Assembly (NCBI GenBank): GCA_951406725.2
Contig: OX597826.1
Span: 11,904,001 to 11,968,000 of the forward strand
Direction of reading: 5' to 3'
Length of the DNA stretch: 64,000 nt
Source of the DNA: Octopus vulgaris
Taxonomy: Eukaryota
Every line of letters starts with the position of its first letter. Positions within the stretch are counted from its first letter, which is position 1. Positions 12,004 to 26,660 of this stretch are shown one piece after another. The notes under the pieces were generated by a model, which made no database searches, was not told the origin of the DNA, and saw nothing but the letters and a program-made list of their open reading frames with translations. A program made the position numbers and the translations under genes.

Positions 12004-12197
12004 TTGTGTGTCTGTGTTTGTCCCCCCTGTGTGTTTATGTCCCCGTCACTTAGCGGTTCGGCAAAAAAGACCGATAGAATAAGTACTGGGCTTACAAAGA
12101 ATAAGTCCCGGGGTCGATTTGCTCAAGTAAAGGCGGTGCTCCAGCATGGCCGCAGTCAAATGACTGAAACAAGTAAAAGAGTAAAGAGTAAAGAGTA
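11768..12197 (+). mobile_element. Family B SINE
   Basis: GGCGCAGGAGTGGCTGTGTGGTAAG head, GGGTTCAGTCCC B-box, CTTGGGCAAGTGTCTT core, internal TA/TG tract, (AAAGAGT)n tail. Confidence 0.93.
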
Positions 12198-13428
12198 TCC
12201 ACGCAATATACATACAGGTGTGTGCGTAGATACATATAAGGTAGAATTCGAATGAGAGCTGGATGCAAGCAAATCCGTACGGATAGACACATGTAATTAG
12301 GAACAATTCCAATACACAGCCATATACATCCATGCGCACGCACACGCACGAACACGTGCATACACACGTACACCTATCCATGCACACACAGACTGGCAGG
12401 CGCATACGCGCACACATACACATGCACATTAACACTCATGTAGGAACACACACATGCACACTCAGACATACACACGGACAATTACCTATTCATAAAACCG
12501 GCTATATCGCATGCGCATGCGCATACGCAATCACATAAGTTAGCACAAATTCAGATAGACATGCATATGAAAATATGCATTCAATCACAGAACCAACCCA
12601 ATCACACGCAAACGCACAATAGAGTGTGCACTCACGCGCACAAACGCACGCATGCACACACACACACACACACACAAACACGTTAGTGCACACACACGTA
12701 CTCTCTCTTTCTCTCACACGCACACATCATACACACTGTTCTCTCCTTAAACCCTTTTTTCCCCTCCTATACCGAAGGAACTGCACCTATATTTTTTAAG
12801 GGACGACAAGCGGATCCCAGTAGATCTCAAAAACGAACTGACTTTGAATAAAAAGAAGTTATGAATAGCCAATGCAGACACACTCACAAACACACATACA
12901 AGCAGGTACGTGGGTGTACACACACACACTCACATGACGCGTGCGAACGTGCATACATGCATACTAGCCACCACACATACACTTCATTTACTCCCTCCTT
13001 CGCTTCTCATGTAAGCAACCACACATTTACATACACGGTGGTATAATACTAATTCTTAGACAGACTCAAATCAGACCTAAAAGAGTGAGGACATGTCATT
13101 GATGGGATTGCAAATAGCGATAAAAGAGCTTTGACAAATACACAACCGATTGATAGTTTAATCAGCACATTAAGAAAACGCTCGATTAATTAGTTGGTTA
13201 GATATTCAACCGATTGACTAACAATAAAGAAGTGATATTGAACCAGTGCGTGTGTTAGTTATTATTGGCATAATGTCCCTCCCAAAGTACATCAGAATGT
13301 TTTCAACGTGCGAAGTGACATCAACAATCTTGCAAACTAAACGCAAAGACGAAGATAGACCATAAGTATTTATTGAAAATATTTCCAAAGCATAATGTGC
13401 CATAGAAGAGCGTGGTCACATTGCCGCC

Positions 13429-13470
<42 letters not shown>

Positions 13471-14322
13471 ACATACACACACACACAAATACACGCACAT
13501 TCATACACACACTTATTTGCGAACAGCGTACATAGAGTGCGTGTTTGGAGTAGGTTGTGCACTGTTTTGTCTGGCTCATACAGTTCGCGTTATCATTTAT
13601 ACTAAAATTCACCTTTTGCCAGACAAGTACTTCTCGTCAGAGCACTAAGAATAATGACGAGAAAAAAAAAGTCTTTAATGACTCCTAATATGATACCTCT
13701 TAAAGGTAATGGGTACTTCCTTCGTTTACAAAATGCAAATTCTGTAAATCTTGATATCTCAACATTCTAAATATCTTTGCTTTATCAAGCTGATGTTTCG
13801 TGAGTGAAAATAATATCAAACACAGCCATGTACATACAATTGAGATGAATTCTCTATTTGTCTCTCTCTCTCTTTCTTTTCATCTTCTCATACATATATT
13901 CATACGTACAAACCTACACACATACATGCATGCATATATATAATTTCAATGCTTAATAATGAGTCAAACAAAATACATTTTTACGGTTGTGGTAGGGGAC
14001 CGAAATGAGACGAGGTGGCTAGTAATGGTGATGCAGGTGGTGGAGAAGAGGGTGATGTTGAAAAGGATGACAGAAGAGATTGTGTTGTCGCAGACTGTGT
14101 TGGTGACAATGGCAGTAGGATTGGAATTGTAAACGTGGTGGTGTTGGAGAGGGTGCAGATGTAGGTGGGAGAGCTTGGAATAATGGGGGGGTTTAGAGCG
14201 AGGGGTAGCGGTCTTAGTAAAGAAGGATATGGGAGATTGTTCCAAGGCAGGAGTTGATGATGTGGTGGTCGTTGTTTTGGAGGGAAAATATAAAGTATAG
14301 AGTAGTGAAGAATATAAATTTT

Positions 14323-14500
14323 GTAGGTGTGGCTGTGCGATAAGTATCTTGCTTACCAACCACATGGTTCTGGGTTCAGTCCCACTGCGCGGCACCTTGG
14401 GCAAGTGTCTTCTACTATAGCCTCGGGCCGACCAAAGCCTTGTGAGTGGATTTGGTAGGCGGAAACTGAAAGAAACCCGTCGTATATATGTATATATATA

Positions 14501-14538
<38 letters not shown>

Positions 14539-14759
14539 TGTTTCTGTGTTTGTCCCCACCACCATCTCTTGACAACCGATGCTGGTGTGTTTACATCCCC
14601 GTAACTTAACAGTTCAGCAAAAGAGACCGATAGAATAAGTACTAGGCTTACAAAGAATAAGTCCTGGAGTCGATGTGCTCGCCTAAAGGCTGTGCTCCAG
14701 CATGGCCGCAGTCAAATGACTGAAACAAGTAAAAAAAAAGTAAAAGAGAGTAAAGAGTA
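14323..14759 (+). mobile_element. Family B SINE
   Basis: Same structure as 11768. Confidence 0.92.
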
Positions 14760-15405
14760 TGAACGTGGTAGAATACCGAAATAAAACCGCTCACATATAT
14801 ATACCTGTAGAGAAGACAAAGGAAAAGGAAAGAGCACACAAGATGATGTAGATTCACTAATAACAGCAATAACAGCAAGAATAACAATAGCAACGATAGC
14901 AACTGTAGCGAGGCAACAGTTCGGAGCAGTGCAACAGTTTTATGGTACCAGGTTCAAATATCATCCGCGTAAGCAGACCCAATTCAGGAATGTCAAGGCC
15001 ATAAACGGTTTTCTAATCCCAGGGTAGAATGAACGTGCCCACGACAAGAACCCGAATACACCTATGCACAAATCCAACCGCCCGAGCACACAATCACACA
15101 TACACACAGCTATAATCACACGTACAACTATCTACACAGTAGGCGCTCATACCTTCTTGTTATTTTACACTCTATACAACCATACCACTGACGTTGAACA
15201 TAATTTGCATATCTGGAATACATTAGGGCACATACCTCACTAAGTTTTGTATTTATTGCCCTGAGTGTTGAGGAAGTGCGTCGACTGAACAATCTGGCCA
15301 ACTGCCTTGTTTAATAAAGACAATCGGTTTACTAAAACGTGTGTATGTTTTATAAAGATTAGAGTACCAACAACATTTTCTGTGTTTATTATTTCTATAA
15401 CGTGG

Positions 15406-15620
15406 AAGGCGGTGAGCTGGTAGAATCGTTAGCGCGCTGGACGAAATGTTTGGCAATATTTCACCCGTCGCTGCGTTCTGAGTTCAAATTCCGCTGAGGT
15501 CCACTTTGTCTTTCCTCCTTTCGGATTCGATATAATAAGTACCAGTTAAATACTGGTGTCTATGTAATCGATTCATCCCCTCCAACCAAATTGATTTCCT
15601 TGTGGCAATATTTGAAACCG
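15406..15620 (+). mobile_element. Family A SINE with 17 bp target-site duplication
   Basis: TSD TTATTTCTATAACGTGG at 15389-15405 and 15621-15637. Confidence 0.92.
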
Positions 15621-15741
15621 TTATTTCTATAACGTGGCTCAAATTCCGCAACACTAACTTCAAGCTAGATACAAGAGTACAGGGCGGAGATTTCTACTGA
15701 GCCCAAACGTTTTTTTATGTGCCTCAACTACCAGCATGCAA

Positions 15742-15807
<66 letters not shown>

Positions 15808-16614
15808 GTCTGTTTGTCACTATGTATGTATTAAACATGTGTGCACGCGCACATTTGGATATATATTTAATATATGTAAACACATGCACAAAGCGTGCAC
15901 ATATCTAGCATTTATATAACATTTGTATAAATATACAGATTCGTGTGTGTGTATGTGTGTGTGTATGCATATATATATACATACACACTCACTCACTCAC
16001 ACGCATATAAAGGACAAAATATCTTCGACTAATGCACTAACATAATGAAGTCAAGTTTGTGATAATAATTATTCATCAGGTCCTAATTCAATTGAAGGTG
16101 TAAGGTGGTGGAAATGTAAATTATAGCATTCATGCTTTCCTCAGCATTCGCCGAGTAATTGAAATAAATGTAGCAGGTGTTCGAAAATTGCTTTGCACTC
16201 TTACATGAACACGAATTTAACACATTCACCGCAAACATAGTTATAGCTATACGTTTGACATCTATTTTAAAACTACGAAATGCAGTCAGTCGTAGGGAAT
16301 GTTGACAGAAACCATTACAAAATAATTTAAACAGCTTTGTATATATTTTCAATTTTTAACATTGCTTTCTTTTACACTTACTATCTGAAAGATTTTGTAG
16401 TTTGGTGTAGTCTAAGGGATTTCCATCTCTGAAAGTTAACCATGCATTTATACATACTCGTACCTGCCCAAATCTGAGTAATACTTTTCGAGAAACACTG
16501 ACTGCTGACCATGCATGCTAGCCTCTCTCTAGTACGCCAGTGATAGTTATTGTAAGGGTGTGTCGCCGAAATGTGCCACTCAACTCGACGATTATACTGT
16601 CTAATATCCGTGTA

Positions 16615-17012
16615 TCTTTTATCTTTAATCTCTTTCAGTCATTAGACTGCGGCTATGCTGGGGCACCGCCTTCAAGAACTTTTAGTCAAATGAATCGACT
16701 ACGAGAGTTATTTGTGTTCTTTAAGCTTTGTATTCATTATATTGGTCACTTTTTGACGGGCTGCTTAGTTACGGGGTCGTAAACAAACCATCACCAGTTG
16801 TCAGGCGGTGGTGGAGGACAAAGACAAGCAGACAGACAAACGCTTACATACAACGGTCTTCTTTCAGTTTCCGTCTAACAAATCTACTCACAAGATATTT
16901 TTCGGCCTGAGGCTATAGTAGAAGCCACATGCTCAAGGTGCCATGCAGTGGGACTGAACCCAGAACCATGTGGTTGGGAAGCAAGCTTCCACACAGCCAC
17001 GACTGCGCCTGC
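16615..17012 (-). mobile_element. Family B SINE (diverged)
   Basis: Reverse complement of the family B pattern. Confidence 0.88.
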
Positions 17013-17095
17013 GTGGAAAAATCATAACTGTTAATTCATTCATAATGTGGCATTAAATAACGTGTAGTGGAAGGCGCTGACAGCTTATTTATTTA

Positions 17096-17680
17096 TTGCC
17101 CAGAAGGGGCTACACACAGAGGGGACAAACAAGGACAGACAAACGGATTAAGACGATTACATCGACCCCAGTGTATAACTGGTACTTAATTTATCGACCC
17201 CGAAAGGATGAAAGGCAAAGTCGACCTCGGCGGAATTTGAACTCAGAACGTAACGGCAGACGAAATACCTATTTCTTTACTACCCACGAGGGGCTAAACA
17301 CAGAGGGGACAAACAAGGACAGACAAATGAATTAAGTCGATTACATCGACCCCAGTGCGTAACTGATACTTAATTTATCGACTCCGAAGGGATGAAAGGC
17401 AAAGTCGACCTCGGCGGAATTTGAACTCAGAACGTAACGGCAGACGAAATACCTATTTCTTTACTACCCACGAGGGGCTAAACACAGAGGGGACAAACAA
17501 GGACAGACAAATGAATTAAGTCGATTACATCGACCCCAGTGCGTAACTGATACTTAATTTATCGACTCCGAAGGGATGAAAGGCAAAGTCGACCTCGGCG
17601 GAATTTGAACTCAGAACGTAACGGCAGACGAAATACCGCTAAGCATTTCGCAGGGCGTGCTAACGATTCTGCCAGCTCGC
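17096..17680 (-). mobile_element. Family A SINE tandem trimer
   Basis: Three units of about 182 bp, the second and third nearly identical; a single tRNA head at 17640-17680. Confidence 0.93.
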
Positions 17681-18343
17681 TGAGATCTGAACACAAAGAC
17701 CCGGGACACATACCAAAAGGACTTATTTCTGACCCTCTTACAATTCAATTAATATAATATTTCTTTTCTATTGAGCCTGAAAAGGAATTAAAAACGCAAT
17801 TGGTCCAGGTGGGATTTGAGCACAGCTCAGAAAATTTGGACAACTAGCGCGAAACATTCTATCCATTTCTATAACGGCTTTATTAATTCGCCTCCTTAAA
17901 CTTATTCTCAATATTTGATGTTTCTAAGCTGGCAGGCTATTGCCAAATATATGCCTTTTATGTTCAAAAGAAAATACGAAGCATCAAAACATCAAACACA
18001 AAGAGAATACAATGAAGAAAATATTATATGAAGGTTAGAACATCAAATCTCGAATAAGACTGATGCATATTTGAAAATACGGATCTTGACATTTCATGTA
18101 TAAGGAATGATAAAAGATGTAAAAACCGAATATTACTGAAACTACAAGAATTGGACTTCAGCCATGTTTACAAAATTATATGAGCATACTCAACACACAG
18201 TACACACCTCACTCATTTTTCTCATATTTTCTCATATTTTCTTCATATTTCTGTATATATATGTATGTAGTGTATATGTATATATATATATATAAAATAT
18301 ATATATGCAGATACACACACACACATATAAACATACACACATG

Positions 18344-18386
<43 letters not shown>

Positions 18387-18511
18387 TAATAATAGTAGAA
18401 ATTGATATTAATAAATGAAAAACAGTGGCTTAGCATATTTAAAAAAATCCGAAGATTAAAAATTGTGTTACATACAAAATTTAGAGGACTGACCAAATAG
18501 TGGTCATTCCC

Positions 18512-18547
<36 letters not shown>

Positions 18548-18717
18548 CTATATATATATATATATATGCTTATCTATCTATAATATATCTTTCATGCACA
18601 AAGTGCTGCTGAGGAGGTGCTAGTTTTAAGGGTATCGCGAAAAGTTTAATTGGGAGCCCAACCATCCGAGCTCTTTTACAGGGGTTTAGCAAAACTGAAA
18701 GACCCTGCAATAGAACA

Positions 18718-18862
18718 AACCCAGTGCTCAAGTGGTACTTATTTTCACTACTCCGAAAGGATGACATGCCAAGTCGACCTCACCGGAATCTCAACGTGAA
18801 AACGGAGGAAGCGCCGCAAACCATTTTGCTCGGCGTGCAAGCGATTCTGCCAGTACTCTGCC
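18718..18862 (-). mobile_element. Diverged family A SINE fragment
   Basis: TGGTACTTATTTT...CCGAAAGGATGAC...AAGTCGACCTC. Confidence 0.7.
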
Positions 18863-19094
18863 CTATTTCTGTTAAATATTAATAAAATAAAATACACATA
18901 AATACATAGGTAGAATGAGAAATTCCAGTGTGAGCAATTACCAGAGGATAACCTCAAAACGGTGAAGTAGGTTGCAATAATATTTACTCAGAGATATAGG
19001 GAGAATCGTTACTTAAATTATACTCTTACGCTTCCTCAAGGCTATTACATACGTTAGATTATGTTTCCCTGCTTCTAGAGCTTGCTTCGTTGCT

Positions 19095-19410
<316 letters not shown>

Positions 19411-19717
19411 ATCGTATGTGTGTGTCTAGGCGTGTGTAAGTTTGCTCGACTATAGTGCTTATGTCTGTGTGTATGTTATCGTAAGTAACATAAGGAGCAA
19501 TGCATAATTGATAAACATAAATAATAAAGGAAATCCGACAAGATGCTCGCAACGTCAGATGATGGTTACCTATATGACCCGTAGCTACGCATGCAAAAAG
19601 GAAACTACTTCTCACAGGAAGCGGCTGAACACATAGTCCCTGTAACGGCATTAATACGCAACCCGACATATCTTTGTATCAGATTTATCGTTTTATTTAG
19701 CATCGCAGGTTAAGCTA

Positions 19718-19750
<33 letters not shown>

Positions 19751-19754
<4 letters not shown>

Positions 19755-20153
19755 CTCTTTACTCTCGTTTACCTGTTTCAGTCATTTGACTGCGGCCATG
19801 CTGGAGCACCACCTTTAACCGAGCAACTCGACCCCGGGACTTATTCTTTGTAAGCCCAGTACTTATTCTATCGGTCTCTTTTTGCCGAACCGCTAAGTGA
19901 CGGGGACATAAACACACCAGCATCGGTTGTCAAGCAATGCTAGGGGGACAAACACAGACACACAAACACACACACATACATATATATATACATATATACG
20001 ACAGGCTTCTTTCAGTTTCCGTCTACCAAATCCACTCACAAGGCTTTGGTCAGCCCGAGGCTATAGTAGAAGACACTTGCCCAAGGTGCCACGCAGTGGA
20101 GCTGAACCCGGAACCATGTGGTTGGTAAACAAGCTACTTACCACACAGCCACT

Positions 20154-20156
<3 letters not shown>
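19751..20156 (-). mobile_element. Family B SINE
   Basis: Reverse complement of the family B pattern. Confidence 0.93.
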
Positions 20157-20231
<75 letters not shown>

Positions 20232-20245
20232 TATACATATATATA

Positions 20246-20363
<118 letters not shown>

Positions 20364-20366
20364 CTC

Positions 20367-20572
20367 AAGGCGGCGAGCTGGCAGAAACGTTAGCACGTCT
20401 GCCGTTTCATTCTGAGTTCAAATTCCGCCGAGGTCGATATTGCCTTTCATCCTTTCGGGGTCGATAAATTAAGTACCAGTTACGTACAGTGGTCGATATA
20501 ATCGACTTAATCCCTTTGTCTGTCCTTGTTTGTCCTCTCTGTGTTTAGCCTCTTGTGGGCAATAAAGAAATA
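20367..20572 (+). mobile_element. Family A SINE with internal deletion
   Basis: Head, core and tail as at 1008. Confidence 0.9.
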
Positions 20573-20668
20573 ATATATATATACACCTCTCAGTGCAGTG
20601 CAAATAAGGAAACACACTCATATACATATGTACATACATACACAAATACGCACACACTCACACACACA

Positions 20669-20706
<38 letters not shown>

Positions 20707-20829
20707 TACACACACATACGCACATACACAACCACCACTCCAACCCCAACCCCTACACACACGCAGCACTCACGATCAAGCTAGAAATACAGGCAGATTA
20801 ATGCACGCAAGAACGTACATTTATATAAA

Positions 20830-20870
20830 ACTAGCATTATGACCCGTCTTTGCCGGGTCATAATGCTAGT
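20830..20870. repeat. Perfect 17 bp stem hairpin with CTAG termini (Helitron 3' end-like)
   Basis: ACTAGCATTATGACCCG-TCTTTGC-CGGGTCATAATGCTAGT. Confidence 0.8.
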
Positions 20871-20895
20871 GCATGTATATATGTGTATATATATA

Positions 20896-21070
20896 GGCGC
20901 AGGAGTGGCTGTGTGGTAAGTAGCTTGATAACCAGCCACATGGTTCCGGGTTCAGTCCCACTGCGTGGCATCTTGGGCAAGTGTCTCCTACTATAGCCCC
21001 GGGCCGACCAATGCCTTGTGAGTGGATTTGGTAGACGGAAACTGAAAGAAGCCTGTCGTATGTATGTATT

Positions 21071-21111
<41 letters not shown>

Positions 21112-21334
21112 ATGTGTTTGTGTGCCTGTGTTTGTCTCCCTAGCATTGCTTGACAACCGATGCTGGTGTGTTTACGTCCCCGTCACATAGCGGTTCGGCA
21201 AAAGAGACCGATAGAATAAGTACTGGGCATACAAAGAATAAGTCCCGGTGTCGATTTGCTCGACTAAAGGCGGTGCTCCAGCATGGCCGCAGTCAAATGA
21301 CTGAAACAAGTAAAAGAGTAAAGAGTAAAAGAGT
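20896..21334 (+). mobile_element. Family B SINE
   Basis: Family B pattern. Confidence 0.93.
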
Positions 21335-21659
21335 ATATATGTGTACATATTAGATGTACATCTATATATATACATCTACACATAAAATACAAAATACAAA
21401 GTTATATCTTGATATCGCTAGTGATAACAATACTGAAAATATATAACAGACTGGAATTGTAGGACAATTCCATTTCTGCACGCTAATTTTATTTTTAATT
21501 TATTCCCATTCATGTGAAACCACTTATTCAAGTTCAAATCCTTGATGCAATTTTATACCAATTGCTATTTTTACTTTTGTTATGTTACGATTATATTATA
21601 CTTTAGTTTGATTTTAATTATTACTTACTACATATAATTCAATTGTTATTATTATTTTT

Positions 21660-21930
21660 ATTGTTAAAGTGAAAGTATCTGACATAAAATAGAGAAATGA
21701 TTTTGCTTCACTTTTAACACGTAATACTGAAATAGTGGAGAAGATATGATATTGCTATGGGCTCGCCCTAGGCAAGAAGTTGAACATTTTTTTGCCCATG
21801 AAACTACATGGACCCTAAGTAAGGCATGTGTAAAATTTGAATGAAATTGGTTGTGTAGTTCTCAAGTTTTAGGGAAACACACAGACAGACAGACAGACAT
21901 ACAACATTCTCAGTTTTATATATATAGAGA
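21660..21930 (-). mobile_element. Non-autonomous Helitron/Helentron-like 5' portion
   Basis: Minus strand begins TCTCTATATATATAAAA...(GTCT)n, like the start of the element at 46508; left boundary uncertain. Confidence 0.55.
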
Positions 21931-22209
21931 TATCGGTAGCAATTATAGGTGTGTAGTTAAGAAATTCATTTCGAAATCTCATGCTTTCGGGTTCGATTGC
22001 ATTGTACAGCAACTGCGCATGTGTCGGCAACAGTAATTTCGAGTTAATCTTATGTAAGGGGATGAGCTAAACGAAAAGTGTGCAGAAATCCACATCTAAG
22101 TGAACAAACATGAACACGCAAAGATAATCCACACACACATACATTTTCATACCCACATACACACATGCACACAGACATTTGTATGTACATATGAGACTGT
22201 GCAGAATCA

Positions 22210-22625
<416 letters not shown>

Positions 22626-22955
22626 TATACGTGTGTACGTAAATATATTTATATAGTATATATGTGTGTAACTATGTATAACTCCATAAAATAATCAGTA
22701 ACTTAAATATGCTTTGGTGTCAGTATTGCCGACAAATGTACCCGGGGGTCTGTCTTCAACAAGTCTTCAGTTAGTGACTGCAAAGACTCAATGAATAAAT
22801 GAATACATTATCTTTAATACGACTTTACGTCAAAACACAGTGACTCGTTGCCTTCTGATGTCATTTGGGTCTCGACATAGTTTCATGTATATGTATGCAT
22901 ATGTGTGTGTGTAAGTATGTATGTACGTATGTGTGTGTGCGTATGTATATGTGTG

Positions 22956-23004
<49 letters not shown>

Positions 23005-23054
23005 ATGTATATATATATATATGTGTGTGTGTATGTATGTATGTATGTATGTAA

Positions 23055-23085
<31 letters not shown>

Positions 23086-23177
23086 TGTATGTATGTATGT
23101 ATGAATATATGGCGGTGCCCCAGCATGGCCACAGCTCGTGAGCTGAAACTAGATAAAATAAAATAAAATATATGTAG

Positions 23178-23341
23178 TATCAGGACAATTACAGCCCTAG
23201 AAAATTACGCCCCATAGGACAATTCCCCCCGACGACAATTACCGCTTAGGATAATTACCCTCCTTAGTGAATTACTCCCTCTCCAACATATCTGTTGTCG
23301 TCATTGGTAATTGTCCATGGCGGGGGGTACATGTCCTAGAC
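23178..23341. mobile_element. MITE-like element with repeated GGACAATT/GACAATTACC subterminal motifs
   Basis: Several direct copies of (G)GACAATT at left; inverted GGTAATTGTCC and ATGTCC at right. Confidence 0.5.
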
Positions 23342-23369
23342 TCATGTATGTATGAGGGTATGTTGGTGT

Positions 23370-23650
23370 TCATGTATGGGATTTGTAGGAGGAATTCTTG
23401 AGTCATGCAGACCTGGTCAGCCATAAGAGAACTCAAAGGAGTTAACCTATTCTACATTGTAATAAGACACTTGTTCACAACAGGACATGTGCAACCCGTG
23501 AAAAGGTGCGCTTTTCAGGTGGAGGACTGAAAAAATCATGTCAAAAGAGTTTGTACTGTGGCACCTGTTCCGTTTGCCAGCCAGTACAGCTGGGTATTAT
23601 GCAGTAGAATGTACAAATCTTTAGCTGGGGTCAAGAGTCATACAAGGGAC
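23370..23650 (+). mobile_element. Decayed LINE (RTE-like) C-terminal C2H2-finger region
   Basis: Frameshifted peptides ...FLSHADLVSHKRT and LCSRMYKSLAGVKSHTR, similar to the finger at 27815-27880. Confidence 0.45.
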
Positions 23651-24250
23651 TCGCATTGCATCATCAATGAGTCATTTTAGCGATTTTTTCTAGCGATGGC
23701 TTTGCTCGTATACGAGAAAGCAGCTACTATGTATGTATGTATGTATGTATGTATGTATGTATGAGTGTGTGTCTATGTATGTATGTATGTATGTGTGTGT
23801 GTATGTATGTATGCATGTATGTATGTATGTGTGCGAGTATGTATGTATTTGTGTGCGTGTATACATGCATGCATGTATGTATATATGTATGTATGTATGT
23901 AGGTATGTATGTATGTACACTTTCTCTTTTTAGAAGGTTATTACCAGTTCGAAGATGATTGGGGCATATTCGAACCTTAAGAAAGTCATTCACTATGTTT
24001 TGTGGGGGACAAAATATCTCTCTGTTGAGAAATGGTGTAAATACACCTAGAATCAGTTCAGACTGTGAGAGGAAAGCATTTAGGAGTGGTTATCCCACCT
24101 TCACTCACAGACACTGAACAGGGTTCACAGCCAGGTGATAAGAGAGACTGTCTTTCTTCCGATATTCCAGTGATCCTATAACGACTGGTAGCGCTAATCG
24201 GCGGCTCACAGTAACAGATTACGTAACGTGTCACAGCTCAGCGTTGTCAC

Positions 24251-24322
24251 GGTCTGGGAATCGAAACCGCGATCCTGCGACTGCGAGTTCGCTGCCCTAA
24301 CCACTGGGCCATTGCGCCTCCA
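24251..24322 (-). mobile_element. Isolated family D tRNA-like SINE head
   Basis: Near-identical to 5170-5241; the downstream body differs. Confidence 0.8.
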
Positions 24323-24856
24323 ACCAATTATTATACGATGAGTGGAACAGCATAAGAGAGACAATCTCTCCTACTAGCTCGCAAAACACTCTGTGCCGTT
24401 TCTGTGATTGAATGAAGATGAGATAACCATTCCGAAACGCTTTCTTCTCGCAGTCTGAGTAGATCGCGCTGCGACCAGATTCTACGTGTACTTACATCAT
24501 TTGTCTGCTGCGAGAAATTTTCTCCATGACAAAACACAGTGAATGGCTTCTTTACGGGTTCAAATATGTCCCAAGCATATTTGAACTGGTAATAATCTTG
24601 TATTTATATTCATCACTGCTTAGCGCTGCCTCTCCGTAATCTCTCTTTTTAATTTTGGATAAATTTTTGACCGGCCACCTACTTCGTAGCAAGGTTGTAA
24701 AGGAAAGCGTTTTGCTTTGTTCGTCATCGTTTAAATTTTAAGAAAGTCTTGCATGTTATCATATCGTGCTCATTTGTAGTGTATGAACTACAGATTTGCG
24801 CAACCGCCCTAATAACCCAAGTTCAGTCATACATTGTTCCAGTTGCTAAATACATA

Positions 24857-25020
24857 GGCGCAGGAGTGGCTGTGTGGTAAGTAGCTTGCTAACAAGCCAC
24901 ATGGTTCCGGGTTCAGCCCACTGCGTGGCATCTTGGGCAAGTGTCTTCTGCTATAGCCCCGGGCCGACCAATGCCTTGTGAGTGGATTTGGTAGACGGAA
25001 ACTGAAAGAAGACTGTCGTA

Positions 25021-25091
<71 letters not shown>

Positions 25092-25311
25092 ATGTGTTTG
25101 TGTGTCTGTGTTTGTCCCCCTAGCATCGCTTGACAACCGATGCTGGTGTGTTTACGTCCCCGTCACATAGCGGTTCGGCAAAAGAGACCGATAGAATAAG
25201 TACTGGGCTTACAAAAGAATAAGTCCCGGGGTCGAGTTGCTCGACTAAAGGCGGTGCTCCAGCATGGCCGCAGTCAAATGACTGAAACAAATAAAAGAAA
25301 AGAAAAAAGAA
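24857..25311 (+). mobile_element. Family B SINE
   Basis: Family B pattern. Confidence 0.93.
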
Positions 25312-26226
25312 TAAATTCTGTTGCTCCAATAATACCAGGTAGGAAACTGAAAGCGTTTCGTGAGGCCACGGTTTGCAAACTTCTCATCAGTGGTTCCATA
25401 GATTTCTTCTTTCTCACACATTTTTCTAACCACATTGGTGTCCAGAGGACGGTTGATTTCTACAACAGGACATTATCTTTTTTGTTTTTGTGGTCCTACA
25501 CAACAATATCTGATCAGGTGTGTTTTAACTTCGTGGATGCTTTAAATTTTTAATTTCTAATTTTTAGGTTTCATCAATATTCTTTTTTTACCCATCGATC
25601 TCAGTATAGTCACCTTATTGGCCCCTTTGCCTTCATCGGTAACAGATACCGAAGAGAGATAACTCGAACAGATTTTAAAGCCGTATCTTTGTCTCAGTCA
25701 ACATCAGTGACAGAGGGGCTCTTGCGGATCGCCTGGTTAGAATAAATACGTGGTCAGCAGTAAGTAAGGACGAGAAATAAACATCTCTTACATTTTTTCT
25801 TTCTTTCGCTCTCCCTGTCTCTAGGTATATATATTTAAACATATATATAAGGGGCCTACTATCTCAAAATTAAAAAAATATATATTTTTTCATTGAGAAT
25901 AATTTGAACCCCTGTTATGCCGGAATTTTTATTCCCTAATAAATAAAATTAAATAAAATAATTTAATGGTTTTACTTTATTGTTTAGTTTGATAATTAAA
26001 CAATTAAGTATGGCATATACAGATAAGATAGTACCCCTAGAGTGGAATTCATCATTGAAAGACATACCCATCCCACCAAAAAAAGAATTCAAAATTAAAT
26101 TAATTAATAATATAAAGAATTTCATAAACAGATAAAATAGTAGGTATTTTAAAAAAATTATTTGTTATATGGTGAGATGAAGGGGCCTACTATATATATA
26201 TATCTCTCTCTCTCTGTATATATATA

Positions 26227-26266
26227 TATATAAGTAAAAGGGCAGGCCTGCCCTTTTACTTATATA
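26227..26266. repeat. Perfect 40 bp palindrome with no spacer
   Basis: TATATAAGTAAAAGGGCAGG|CCTGCCCTTTTACTTATATA. Confidence 0.9.
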
Positions 26267-26363
26267 CTATATATACTGAACTCTACAGAAGTTCCCGCCG
26301 CTAAAGGTCATATTTACATACCGAAATCTACCGGTAAATAATCGTTGGTTGTCTGAAAAACCC

Positions 26364-26451
<88 letters not shown>

Positions 26452-26572
26452 ATTTAGGAATGGTCATTTTGACAGTTTAGCCAATAATATATATATATAT
26501 ACTGAGAAAGAGAGATAGAGAGATGGAGGGAGAGAGAAAGAGGAGAGAGAGAGAGGAAGGGAGAGAGAGAGA

Positions 26573-26660
26573 GATAAGTACCAGTTACGCACTGGAGTCG
26601 ATCTAATCGACTGGTTCCCTCCCCCAAAATTTCGGGCCTTGTGCCGAGAGTAGAAAAGAA
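26573..26660 (+). mobile_element. Family A SINE 3' fragment (second tail type)
   Basis: Matches 10405-10490. Confidence 0.8.

Noticed and set aside
13964-14575. 203 aa minus-strand ORF
   Set aside because: Half is SINE B and the rest is low-complexity purine-rich sequence.
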